Assembly: GCA_963709905.1 (NCBI GenBank)
Contig: CAVPYI010000006.1
Span: 148,761-212,760 of the forward strand
Direction: 5' to 3'
DNA from: an uncultured Gemmatimonadales bacterium
Lineage (GTDB): Bacteria; Gemmatimonadota; Gemmatimonadetes; Gemmatimonadales; GWC2-71-9
DNA length: 64,000 bases
A program made the position numbers and the translations under genes. Each line of letters begins with the position of its first letter. Position 1 is the stretch's first letter. This document shows, one piece after another, positions 1 to 8,972 of the stretch. Under the pieces are notes generated by a model, which ran no database searches, was not told the DNA's origin, and saw nothing but the letters and a program-made list of their open reading frames with translations.

Positions 1-1239
1 ATGGGGACGCTGGCTTCCGGCGGCGATCCGGTCCCAGTACCCCTCCAGTTGCAGGGCGGCCACCTTGGCACGTTCGGGCGCGGGGATCGCCGGATCGGTG
101 ATGTCGCTCCCCGCGAGGCCGAAGCCGGCACGCAGCGAATCGAGTTCGTTCCGGTAGTGCGCGAGGAAGCCGTACCATTCTGCCGGAGACACCTGGATCC
201 CCGCCGAGTCGGCCTCCTTGAGGAGGAGGGCGTTCTCGCCCAGGGTCCGAGCGAAACCCGCCACCACGCTGTCCGGCTGATCGGCGAAGTCGGCGCCGAA
301 ATTCGGACCCAGGGCGGTGACCCACTGGAGAAAGTCGGCCACGGTCAGTGTCCCGCCGTCGAACTTGACCAGCCGTTTCCCGTCACGGCGCGCCTTGTCG
401 CGATCGGCCAGGGCCTCGCGCATCCGGGCGGGCGCACCGGGGTCGACCTTCAGGTTCTTCCGCTGGCCGAGTTCCCGCAGGTACACGGAGTCGAGCGTCG
501 CCCCGAATCGCTCCCGGGCGTACTGGAGCAGCTTGTCGCGCACCTCCGGCGCCGGTGGCCGGCGGATGATGTGGTACCCGAATGGGGTCGCGATGACCCC
601 GGTGATGCCGCCCGGCTTGAGCAGCCAGCCGGCACTGTCGAACGCGGTCACCCATTGGCCTCTGGGTGCGGCGGGAAGGTAGCCCCCGGTCTCCTTGCTG
701 ACCGGGTCCTCGCTCAGCTCACCGGCCAGTCTGCCGAAATCGGCCCCGGACGCGACTCGCCGGCCGGCCAGTTCGGCCTTTCGGTGGGCCGCGGCGTGTT
801 CCTCCGGCTTCGCGTTGGGTTGGACCCGGAAGAGGATGTGCTGCAGGATGCGGACACCCTCGGCGGCGTAAATGCTGTCGCCCACCTCGGGGCTCAGCGG
901 CGTACGCCGGGCCAGCAGGGTGTCGTGCCAGCGGGTAGCGCGGGCTTCCGTCAGCTCGGGCCAGAGCACCGCGGCCGCGGTCGCCGAGTCGCCGAGCTGG
1001 CGGCCGGCGGCCAGCGCCTGCGCGAACAGCATGTGGTCGACCCAGGTGTTGGCCACGACTTCGGCAGCCTGATAGGTCATTGGCAGCCCCTTCACCGAGG
1101 CGATGACCTTGGCCAGGCGGTCCACCGACAGGCGTTGTCCCTGCGCTTCCGCGGCAACATCCGCCCGGGCGACGAACATCTCCCTCACGTCGCATCCCGA
1201 CAGCAGCGCCGCCGGTGCTAGTACGGCCCACCAACGCAT
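1..1239 (-). CDS. PpiC/parvulin-type peptidyl-prolyl cis-trans isomerase lipoprotein (SurA/PrsA-like); C-terminus lies beyond the window edge
   Basis: My own translation of the minus strand from the ATG at 1239 stays open to position 1. It begins MRWWAVLAPAALLSGC (lipobox) and contains the rotamase signature ...GGITGVIATPFGYHIIRR. This ORF is absent from the supplied track. The listed 1..1221(+) ORF is its antisense shadow. Confidence 0.8.
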   Translation of the reverse strand, partial: MRWWAVLAPAALLSGCDVREMFVARADVAAEAQGQRLSVDRLAKVIASVKGLPMTYQAAEVVANTWVDHMLFAQALAAGRQLGDSATAAAVLWPELTEARATRWHDTLLARRTPLSPEVGDSIYAAEGVRILQHILFRVQPNAKPEEHAAAHRKAELAGRRVASGADFGRLAGELSEDPVSKETGGYLPAAPRGQWVTAFDSAGWLLKPGGITGVIATPFGYHIIRRPPAPEVRDKLLQYARERFGATLDSVYLRELGQRKNLKVDPGAPARMREALADRDKARRDGKRLVKFDGGTLTVADFLQWVTALGPNFGADFADQPDSVVAGFARTLGENALLLKEADSAGIQVSPAEWYGFLAHYRNELDSLRAGFGLAGSDITDPAIPAPERAKVAALQLEGYWDRIAAGSQRPH

Positions 1240-1271
1240 GGACTCTCCCGTCTCGTGTGACTGTGCCGCGG

Positions 1272-4200
1272 TTATGAACGTCCGCGCTTGCCGGCGGCGG
1301 CGGGGCGCTCCACACTGGCCGGTTCGCCCGCTGAGCCTGACGGCGCCCCATCCGCCACCTTCTCCAGCGCCCGCACCAGCGCCGGTACCAGCGCCTCCCC
1401 ACCCAGCCGGGTAAGCCGGAGGGCCAGCGGCACGGTGCGCCGCACTTCGACCGCCAGCTGCACGTGATCCAGCGCGGTGGAAAGCCCCGCGAACCGGGGC
1501 ACCGCGCCCTCACGGAAGGTGAGCCGGGCCTCATCGCCCCGGACCAGCAGGTGCTGCAGGCCGAGGTCCGCTCCGACGACCCGGAGCCGCGCCATGTTCA
1601 GCAAGGTCTCGACCGGATCGGGCAGCGGGCCAAAGCGCTCGCGCAGCTCGTCGTGAAGCTGTGCAATGTCGCCAGCGACCGCGGCCCGCGCCAGTCGGCG
1701 ATAGAAATCGAGTTTGATGTCGTCGGCCACCACGTAGCCGTCGGGCAGGTGCGCCGGGCGATCCAGCACGATCTCGGGTGGCGCCGGCCGCTCCCCTCGC
1801 GCGCCCTGCCCCCGCAACGCGCGCACCGTTTCCTCGAGCCAGCGCAGGTACAGATCGAAGCCCACCGCCTGGGCGTGACCCGATTGCTCCGCGCCCAGCA
1901 GGTTCCCCGCGCCACGCAGCTCCAGGTCCTTGAGCGCGATCCGGTATCCGGCGCCGAGGTCAGTGTGATGCTCCAGCACCTTGAGGCGATCTTCGGCCTC
2001 CCGGTCGATCTGGTCCGGCACCAGCAGGTAGCAGTACGCCCGCCGATGGCTGCGGCCCACCCGGCCCCGCAGCTGATACAGCTGGGCCAGGCCGAGCCGG
2101 TGGGCATCGTGGACGACCATGGTATTGGCGTTCGGCACATCGAGCCCCGATTCGACGATCATCGTGGAGACCAGGATGTCCACCTCCCCCGCCACGAACC
2201 GCCGCATCACATCCTCCAGCTCGTCGGCCGGCATCTGGCCGTGCCCGACCGCCACCCGGCCGCGGGGCGCCAGGGTCCGCACTCGCGCCGCGATGGTGTC
2301 GATCGTTTCGATCCGGTTGTGTACGGCGAAGACCTGGCCGCCCCGGTCCAGCTCCCGGGCAAACGCTTCCTCGAGCAACCCGTCGTCCCACGGCTCCACG
2401 AAGGTCAGGATCGGCGAGCGGTCCCTGGGGGGCGTCTCGATCAGCACCAGGTCGCGCAGCCCCGCCAGCGACAGGTGCAGCGTCCGGGGGATCGGTGTGG
2501 CCGTCAGGGTGAGCACGTCCACCGAGAGCCGGAGCGCCTTCAGCCGCTCCTTGTGTTTCACCCCGAACCGGTGCTCTTCGTCAACCACCAGCAGCCCGAG
2601 ATCCTTGAACGTCACGTCGGCCGACAGCAGCCGGTGGGTACCGATGATGACATCGATCTCGCCCGCGGCCAGACGCTGCAGCACCACCTTCTGTTCTTTC
2701 GCGGTTCGGAAACGCGACAGGACTTCGACCCTGACGGGATAGTCGGCCAGTCGCTCGGTAAAGGTCCGGGCGTGCTGATCCGCCAGGATCGTCGTCGGCA
2801 CCAGCACGGCGACCTGTTTACCCCCCTGCACCGCCTTGAATGCGGCCCGCACCGCCACTTCCGTCTTGCCGTAGCCCACGTCGCCGACCAGCAGCAGGTC
2901 CATCGGGATCGCCTGCTCCATGGCCCGCTTGACCGCCTCGGTGGCCTTGCGCTGGTCGGGCGTGTCCTCGTACAGGAACGCCGACTCGAGCTCCCGCTGC
3001 CAGCGGGTATCGGGAGGAAAGGCGAAGCCCTCGCTCACCTTCCGCCGCGCGTACAGCTCGAGCAGCTCGGCGGCCATCTCGCGGATCGCCTGCCGGGTCC
3101 GGTCGCGGACTTTCTGCCAGGCGGTGCCCCCGAGCCGGTGCAGCCGGGGCGGCGGCTGGTCCCCGTCGTCACCACCGGAGCGATACCGCTCCAGCTGATC
3201 GAGGCGGTACAGCGGAACGTTGAGTCGATCGCCGCCCTCGTACTCCACGATGGCCACCTCGAGGGTGGCCTCGCCCACCTGGATCGTATCGATGCCCCGG
3301 TACACCCCGATGCCGTGGTCGAGGTGGACGACGTAGTCGCCGGCCGCCAGCTGCCCGGTGGCGGCCGAGGGGGCCGCCTGACGATAGCGCCGGGCGCGGC
3401 GGAGCCGGCGGGCGCGGCGGAAAATCTCGTGATCGGTGAGCACCCGGAGACTCCGCATCACGAAGCCCCCGTCGAGTGCCCCGATCGCCAGCGTGGCGTT
3501 GAGCCGTCCGCCCCCTTCCATGAGCAGCTCGTCGAGCCGCTCCAGCTGGCCCTCGTTGTCGCACAGCACCACGCTCGGCAGGTCGCCGACGAGCACGCCC
3601 CTGAGCCGGCGGATATCCCGCTCGACCGGTTCCGGCGGGAAGAACCCCGCGTTGAGGCCGTCGCCGGATGTGGAATTCGAGTCGCCCCGAACCTCGAGCC
3701 GGGCGAAGGCCTGCACTCGCCGGCCCCAGGACTCCGGTGCCTCGAACAGGTCCTCGCGCGTAGGCACCTCCTCGCCCATCCGCCGGGCCACTTCGAGGTG
3801 ATGGGCGGCCTCCCGCCATGCCCGGGCGATCTCTTCCGAGTTCGCGGTCGCCGAATCCTCGATCAGCAGGGTGTCGGACGGCAGCAGCTCGAGCAACGTC
3901 TGTCGGGTGGCCGCCGCCGTCTCCGATGGCGGAGGTCCGGCCGCCGGTAGTTTCGGCACCGACGGCTCGGCCTGGATCGGCAGGACCGTGATCTCGTCGA
4001 GCGGCTCCCCCGACCGTTGACTGGTAAGATCGAACGCCCGGATCGAATCGAGATCGTCTCCCCACCACTCCAGTCGGGCAGGATTGGCCATCCCGAATCC
4101 ATAGACGTCGATGATCCCCCCGCGGACGCTGAACTCGGCCACCTCCGTCACCGTGGCGACCCGCGCGTAGCCCATCGCCTCGAGAGCCTCCGCAACGGCG

Positions 4201-4673
4201 GGCAAGTGGGGCGACTCTGCGCCCGCCACCCCGGCACGGCCCGGCCGGATCCGCAGGGTGCGGGTCCGCAGCCATTCCACCACCGGGGTCCGTTCCTGGC
4301 ACGCCCGGGCGGTGGTAATGAGAATCCGCAGCCGCGAATCGAGCAGCGCCGCCAGGGTCTCGGCGCGCTCGCCGGCGATTTCGTAATGGGGCTCCTGCTC
4401 TCCGAACGACTCCCGCTGGGGGTACAAGGCGACCGGCGCATCGCTGAGGTGTTGCAGGTCGGTCAACCAGCGTTCGGCATCGGCGGGCGTCGGCGCCACT
4501 ACGGCGAACAGCCGTTTCTCGAAGGTCCGCGCCAGCCAGGCCAGCATCACCGCCGGGCTCGAACCCGGCAGGCCGTCCAGGCGGAGCCCAGCCCCCCGCC
4601 CCGGAAGCCTGGAGCGCAGGTCGAACGCGAACGCGGTGCGCTGGAACGCGTCGAGAACCGGTGTCAGGGTCAT
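1272..4673 (-). CDS. mfd: transcription-repair coupling factor Mfd
   Basis: Translation shows the superfamily-2 helicase motifs (LLVGDVGYGKTEVA, DEEHRFG), a CarD-like region and a TRCF C-terminal domain. I place the start at MTLTPVLDAF (ATG 4673), which overlaps the upstream gene stop as ATGA. The 5' extension to 4979 looks spurious. Confidence 0.95.
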   Translation of the reverse strand: MTLTPVLDAFQRTAFAFDLRSRLPGRGAGLRLDGLPGSSPAVMLAWLARTFEKRLFAVVAPTPADAERWLTDLQHLSDAPVALYPQRESFGEQEPHYEIAGERAETLAALLDSRLRILITTARACQERTPVVEWLRTRTLRIRPGRAGVAGAESPHLPAVAEALEAMGYARVATVTEVAEFSVRGGIIDVYGFGMANPARLEWWGDDLDSIRAFDLTSQRSGEPLDEITVLPIQAEPSVPKLPAAGPPPSETAAATRQTLLELLPSDTLLIEDSATANSEEIARAWREAAHHLEVARRMGEEVPTREDLFEAPESWGRRVQAFARLEVRGDSNSTSGDGLNAGFFPPEPVERDIRRLRGVLVGDLPSVVLCDNEGQLERLDELLMEGGGRLNATLAIGALDGGFVMRSLRVLTDHEIFRRARRLRRARRYRQAAPSAATGQLAAGDYVVHLDHGIGVYRGIDTIQVGEATLEVAIVEYEGGDRLNVPLYRLDQLERYRSGGDDGDQPPPRLHRLGGTAWQKVRDRTRQAIREMAAELLELYARRKVSEGFAFPPDTRWQRELESAFLYEDTPDQRKATEAVKRAMEQAIPMDLLLVGDVGYGKTEVAVRAAFKAVQGGKQVAVLVPTTILADQHARTFTERLADYPVRVEVLSRFRTAKEQKVVLQRLAAGEIDVIIGTHRLLSADVTFKDLGLLVVDEEHRFGVKHKERLKALRLSVDVLTLTATPIPRTLHLSLAGLRDLVLIETPPRDRSPILTFVEPWDDGLLEEAFARELDRGGQVFAVHNRIETIDTIAARVRTLAPRGRVAVGHGQMPADELEDVMRRFVAGEVDILVSTMIVESGLDVPNANTMVVHDAHRLGLAQLYQLRGRVGRSHRRAYCYLLVPDQIDREAEDRLKVLEHHTDLGAGYRIALKDLELRGAGNLLGAEQSGHAQAVGFDLYLRWLEETVRALRGQGARGERPAPPEIVLDRPAHLPDGYVVADDIKLDFYRRLARAAVAGDIAQLHDELRERFGPLPDPVETLLNMARLRVVGADLGLQHLLVRGDEARLTFREGAVPRFAGLSTALDHVQLAVEVRRTVPLALRLTRLGGEALVPALVRALEKVADGAPSGSAGEPASVERPAAAGKRGRS

Positions 4674-6457
4674 GGGAACCGGCGCGACCCGCTGGCCAGG
4701 GCCACTTCGATCAGGCCAAGCACGAGGGTGAGCCAGAGGAGTGAACCGGTGAGACTGGCCCGGCCCGCGCCGGCGAAGGCCGCGCCCGCCGATTCTGCCA
4801 GAGAGACCACCCGGGCACCCGGCCAGAGGCCGGTGACGGCGGCGGTCGTGGCCGGCGTCAGCACGGATTCGCGTTGATCGAGATTGACCGCTACGCCGCC
4901 GATGGTGTCGCGGCCGGCGAGAAAGTAGTAGACGCCCGGCGCCGGCGGGCGGAACGCCGCGCCACCTTCCACAGCCCACCGCCCCTCACCCCGGATCACG
5001 CCGGTCGCGAGGTCCGGCACGAGCACGGCATCGCCCGGGGCAGCCTCGACCATCGTCGGCTGCCCCCGGGCGATACGGTTGACGAGCTGATCCATGAACG
5101 GCATGAAGGACGCGGACAGGGGCAACGCCGTCCAGTCGGGATCCAGGCGGCTGCCCAGCAGCACCAGGTCCCCGGTCCGGACGATCCACGGCGCACCGCC
5201 GACGCTGGCCACCACACCCGTGACTGCCCCCGGACGAGTGGGCTCGAGCACCAGCCGCCGGAGGACCTGGACCCGCGGAACCACCGGCCCACTGTCCGTG
5301 ACCGTCGGTGTCGTGGTCAAGGCGCCGAACCGCCAGCCGGCCCCGCGGCGTCCCAGCGCCCGGTTGAGGGCGCCGATCCCCGCGGGATCGGCGGGCGGCA
5401 TCACGATCGACCCCCGGTCTCCGAGGGTTCCAAGGGAGAGGTCGGTGCCCCGGCGCAGCCGCCCGCCGGACTCGAGCACGCCGGCGGCTGTGGCGATGAA
5501 CCGGTCACCCGGATCCCAGGAAGCCCGGGCGACCGGCGCGATCCTCACCAGGGCCAGACGGTCGTCATCGGCGCGAAGCTCATCCGGCGCCTTGGAGGCC
5601 CGGACAGTCCACCATCCGGGGACCGCCCCTGCGAGGGGAAAGTTCACCGTGCCTCCGGCCGGAACCAGTGCCTGGCGCCCGGGCCGGTCCTCGAGCGCGA
5701 CCGAGACCGGTGCCGGGGGCCCCGCGTCGCCGACCACCGAGACGGTGACCGCTCCACCCTCCGGTGTCCATGGCTGCGGGCCGGGATCAATGCGTACCAC
5801 ACCCTGGTTGAGCGGCGGGGGGGCGTCGGGACGCACTACGACCACCGGGGTGCGGATCGGGGCCGGCGAGAGCGCCGTCGCCTGCAGATCGGTCACCACG
5901 GCGATCACCCCCGGGCGCGGGTCGGTCGCCAGCACTTCCCCTGCGGTCGTCAGGGCCTCCCCGAGGTCGAGCCGCCGGGTGCCGGCCTGCAGACTGTCCA
6001 CCCGGGCCGCGAGGTCCGCCGGGCCCCCGCGCCGGGCCAGTCCGTCGCTGGTGAGAAGCCAGAGCGCATCGGACGGATTGGCGCGCTCGAAGATCCGCCG
6101 AGCCGCGGTGCGAAGCTCCGCGAGACGCGGGGTCCCCGATACCACGGCGCCGCTCGACGGCGAGTCGTCCAACACGACCACCACCGCGCTCGGCGCATGG
6201 CTCGCCGCCTGACGCAACGGGGCCGATGGTCCGGCCGCCGCCAGCACCAGGAACAGGACGATCAGCGTCCGCACCAGCAGCAGCAGCCAGTGTCGGAGCT
6301 TGAGCCGCCGCTGATGCTCCTCGGTTACCTGAACGAGATAACGAACGGCGGGGAATTCGACGGTCGGCGGGTCCCGGCGCTGGATGAGGTGCAGCAGCAA
6401 TGGCACGCCGGCGAGCGGCAGACCCAGCAGAACCCAGGGATAGAGAAAGCCGATCAC
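4670..6457 (-). CDS. BatA-like protein with N-terminal double-transmembrane domain
   Basis: The N-terminus IGFLYPWVLLGLPLAGVPLLLHLIQRRDPP...RRLKLRHWLLLLVRTLIVLFLVLAAAGP is the typical BatA double-TM anchor. A GTG start at 6457 overlaps the DUF58 stop (GTGA). There is a C-terminal TM segment. Confidence 0.7.
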   Translation of the reverse strand: MIGFLYPWVLLGLPLAGVPLLLHLIQRRDPPTVEFPAVRYLVQVTEEHQRRLKLRHWLLLLVRTLIVLFLVLAAAGPSAPLRQAASHAPSAVVVVLDDSPSSGAVVSGTPRLAELRTAARRIFERANPSDALWLLTSDGLARRGGPADLAARVDSLQAGTRRLDLGEALTTAGEVLATDPRPGVIAVVTDLQATALSPAPIRTPVVVVRPDAPPPLNQGVVRIDPGPQPWTPEGGAVTVSVVGDAGPPAPVSVALEDRPGRQALVPAGGTVNFPLAGAVPGWWTVRASKAPDELRADDDRLALVRIAPVARASWDPGDRFIATAAGVLESGGRLRRGTDLSLGTLGDRGSIVMPPADPAGIGALNRALGRRGAGWRFGALTTTPTVTDSGPVVPRVQVLRRLVLEPTRPGAVTGVVASVGGAPWIVRTGDLVLLGSRLDPDWTALPLSASFMPFMDQLVNRIARGQPTMVEAAPGDAVLVPDLATGVIRGEGRWAVEGGAAFRPPAPGVYYFLAGRDTIGGVAVNLDQRESVLTPATTAAVTGLWPGARVVSLAESAGAAFAGAGRASLTGSLLWLTLVLGLIEVALASGSRRFP

Positions 6458-7377
6458 CCGAGGCCGGCCGGTCCACCGACCACGCGTCTGAGTGCGAGGC
6501 CGAATGGCGTGCTGGTGATGATGTGATGGTAGTGGATATCGCTGGCTCGACAGGCACGTCGCCACGCGGATACGACCCCGGCGACGGTCTCGCGGTAGGC
6601 CGCGGCCCAGTCCTTGGGACGGAGCGTGACCCCCTGGCGGGTCTCGGGATCCTCGAACCGTGCTTCCGCCGGTCCCCCCAACTCCATTTCCGCCGGGTCC
6701 ATCACATGCAGGACCATCACCTGATGCCCGCGGTGACGCAGAAACTTGAGGGCCCTGAGCGCCAGGTCGCGCTCAAGCAGCAGGTCGGAAATGAAAACCA
6801 CCAGTCCGCGGCGCCGCAACAGGTCCATCACCCGGCGGAGCGCCGGTTCGGCCGCCGTCCCCTGCCCCGGCGTCAGGTCCGCAAGGGTGGTGAGCAGCCG
6901 GTGCCACTGCGCCGGGCGGGCTCGGGCGGGAACCACCGCCCGCACCGTATCGTCGAAGGCAATCAGTCCGGTCGCGTCCCGCTGCCGGATGAGCAGCAGG
7001 GCGAGTGCCGCCGCCAGTCGCTGCACGTAATCCAGCTTGGGCAGCACCCCGGCCGGATCGCCGGTCCAGGCCATCGACCGGCTGGTGTCGAGGACCAGCA
7101 TGGCCCGCAGGTTGGTCTCCTCCTCGAATTGCTTGACGTACAGCCGGTCCTTCCTGCCAAGCAGCTTCCAGTCCACGTAGCGCAGCTCGTCCCCGGGCTG
7201 ATACATCCGGTGTTCGGCGAATTCCACCGAGAACCCGCGGCGCGGCGAACGGTGCAGGCCCGCGAGAAACCCTTCGACGATACCTTGAGTGAGCAGCTCG
7301 AGCCCCGCCACACGGGAGGCCTCAAGGGGATCGAGCAGATCGGGTCGGGGACGCGACCGAACGCCGGGGGCGGTCAT
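6454..7377 (-). CDS. DUF58 domain protein (vWA-like, MoxR-system associated family)
   Basis: Contains RRGFSVEFAEHRMYQPGDELRYVDWKLLGRKDRLYVKQFEEETNLRAMLVLDTSRSM, the DUF58 hallmark. I place the start at MTAPGVRS (ATG 7377). Confidence 0.85.
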   Translation of the reverse strand: MTAPGVRSRPRPDLLDPLEASRVAGLELLTQGIVEGFLAGLHRSPRRGFSVEFAEHRMYQPGDELRYVDWKLLGRKDRLYVKQFEEETNLRAMLVLDTSRSMAWTGDPAGVLPKLDYVQRLAAALALLLIRQRDATGLIAFDDTVRAVVPARARPAQWHRLLTTLADLTPGQGTAAEPALRRVMDLLRRRGLVVFISDLLLERDLALRALKFLRHRGHQVMVLHVMDPAEMELGGPAEARFEDPETRQGVTLRPKDWAAAYRETVAGVVSAWRRACRASDIHYHHIITSTPFGLALRRVVGGPAGLG

Positions 7378-7522
7378 GGGGGCCGCAACGTATCGGGGAC
7401 GGACCGGTGAAGTCAACGCAACCGTCCGGTGTTCCCTCCGGCAGACGTCCCGCGACCCGGACGGGTCTGGGGCCACCACCCTAAGCGACTGTGAAACAAT
7501 GCCTTAGACGGATCGCGAGTGC

Positions 7523-7538
7523 TGGCATATCCCATGCT
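7523..7538 (+). promoter_or_regulatory. candidate sigma-54 type -24/-12 promoter
   Basis: TGGCATatcccATGCT has GG and GC at the canonical spacing of the consensus TGGCAC-N5-TTGCW. It lies about 46 nt upstream of the ATG at 7584. Confidence 0.25.
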
Positions 7539-7583
7539 TTACATCGGGCTGCAGAATCTGTCACGACGTTTCAGGGAGGCCAT

Positions 7584-8870
7584 ATGTCCGGTGCAATCAC
7601 GCTCGCGCTCGCTGCACTGACCGCGACCGCGGCCCCGCCAGTCGATGCCGGGACCGACGACATCATCGCCCGGTGGGTGCGCGGTTCGGCCCTGGAACGC
7701 CCGCGGGTGAACGTCTGGCTCAATCGGGATGAGATCTACCAGCGGGGCGACAACGCCCGGGTGTATTTCAAGAGCGACCACGACGCCTACGTGACCATCC
7801 TCCGGATCGATACGGACGGACGGCTGCGGATCCTGTTTCCGATCGATCCCTGGGAGGACAACTGGGCCCGGGGCGGCCGCACCTTCGAGGTCCTGGGCCG
7901 CGACCGGGACGAGGCCTTCCGGGTGGATGACTATCCGGGCGTCGGGTATGTCTTCGCCATCGCCTCGACCGACCCGTTCAATTACGACGACGTCATCCGC
8001 GGGGACCATTGGGACTACCGCACCATCTCCGACGGCCGGGTCCGGGGCGATCCGTATGTCGCGGTGCTCGACGTGGCCGACCGGATCGCGCCGGCGGGAG
8101 AGTACGATTACGACGTGGCGGAGTACTCGGTCGAGCGCCACTATGACTACCCCCGGTTTGTCTGCTACGACTGCCACGCCTACGCCAGCTGGCGGTACTG
8201 GGATCCCTACAGCGCGTACTGCTCCCGTTTCCGCATCGTCATCTACGACGACTGGTACTATTACCCCTACCGTCGCCGGTACTACGGTGGCACGGTGATC
8301 GTGCGACCCTATCGTCCGGGCCCGCGGTACGTCTTCAAGGATAGCGATCCCCGGAACGACTTCATCACTCGCGTGGCCACGCGCCCGCGCAACGACATCG
8401 ATGCCCGTCGCCCCCCGGAGCGGAACCGCACCGGCGTGGACGTGGGCGGCCGGGGCACCATTCCGACGCCAGTGTCGCCCCGCCGACGGGCGCCTGAGGC
8501 CACGACCCAGACGCCGGGTGGGGGCGAGGTTCGCCGTCGACCGGAACCCCGCGAGCCGTCGCGCTCGAGCCCCGAGGCCAGCGCGCCGCGCGAGGCACCG
8601 CGCCGGGCGGCCCCGGAGCGGACCAGGGAGCCGGGCACCCGTGATCGCCCCGCGCCGTCCGCCGAGCCGTCAGGCCGCCGCCCGAGTGACGGCAGCAGCG
8701 TGCGGCCCCGGACCCCGGAGCCGGAACGCGAGAGCCGAGCCGCGGGCGCGGGAGCCGGCGCGGGAGCCCGCACGCCGCCCTCCGGCGGAAGCCAGCCGTG
8801 GAGAACCCCGGGTGAAATCCGACCCTCCCAAGAACTCGGGTGGGCCGGAGCTCAAGCGCCGTCGGCCTGA
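7584..8870 (+). CDS. DUF4384 domain protein with signal peptide and a long Arg/Pro/Glu-rich C-terminal tail
   Basis: GGGAGG lies 6 nt upstream of the ATG at 7584. The product starts with signal peptide MSGAITLALAALTATAAP, then a DUF4384-like core (VYFKSDHDAYVTILRIDTDGRLRILFP), a Cys/Tyr/Trp-rich segment and a low-complexity tail of about 170 aa. Confidence 0.7.
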   Translation: MSGAITLALAALTATAAPPVDAGTDDIIARWVRGSALERPRVNVWLNRDEIYQRGDNARVYFKSDHDAYVTILRIDTDGRLRILFPIDPWEDNWARGGRTFEVLGRDRDEAFRVDDYPGVGYVFAIASTDPFNYDDVIRGDHWDYRTISDGRVRGDPYVAVLDVADRIAPAGEYDYDVAEYSVERHYDYPRFVCYDCHAYASWRYWDPYSAYCSRFRIVIYDDWYYYPYRRRYYGGTVIVRPYRPGPRYVFKDSDPRNDFITRVATRPRNDIDARRPPERNRTGVDVGGRGTIPTPVSPRRRAPEATTQTPGGGEVRRRPEPREPSRSSPEASAPREAPRRAAPERTREPGTRDRPAPSAEPSGRRPSDGSSVRPRTPEPERESRAAGAGAGAGARTPPSGGSQPWRTPGEIRPSQELGWAGAQAPSA

Positions 8871-8893
8871 CTGACCGCGCGAAACCCCATGAT

Positions 8894-8932
8894 GCGCCCG
8901 GCCGTACTGCCCCGGCCGGGCGCTATCTTTTC
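8894..8932 (+). terminator. rho-independent terminator
   Basis: Perfect 11-bp stem gcgcccggccg / cggccgggcgc with an 8-nt loop, followed by TATCTTTTC. It sits just after the stop at 8870. Confidence 0.6.
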
Positions 8933-8972
8933 AGCTCGACATCCACAGTCCCAACCTCATCCCGGGTGGCCG

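Noticed and set aside
1-1221. 406-aa plus-strand ORF at the left edge
   Set aside because: It is the antisense shadow of the PpiC isomerase gene. Its composition is Arg/Gly/Pro-rich and low-complexity, with no motif.
1464-3950. 828-aa plus-strand ORF opposite mfd, and similar long antisense ORFs (8931..10361-, 11287..12609-, 26282..27721-, 29425..31218+, 32279..34678+, 41485..43074-, 59084..60349+ and others)
   Set aside because: High-GC genomes generate long stop-free antisense frames. All of them overlap confidently identified genes and have junk-like R/G/P/A-rich translations.
8700-8790. GCGGGAGCC-type repeats encoding AGAGAGAGA in the DUF4384 tail
   Set aside because: This is a low-complexity coding repeat within a disordered tail, not a discrete repeat element.
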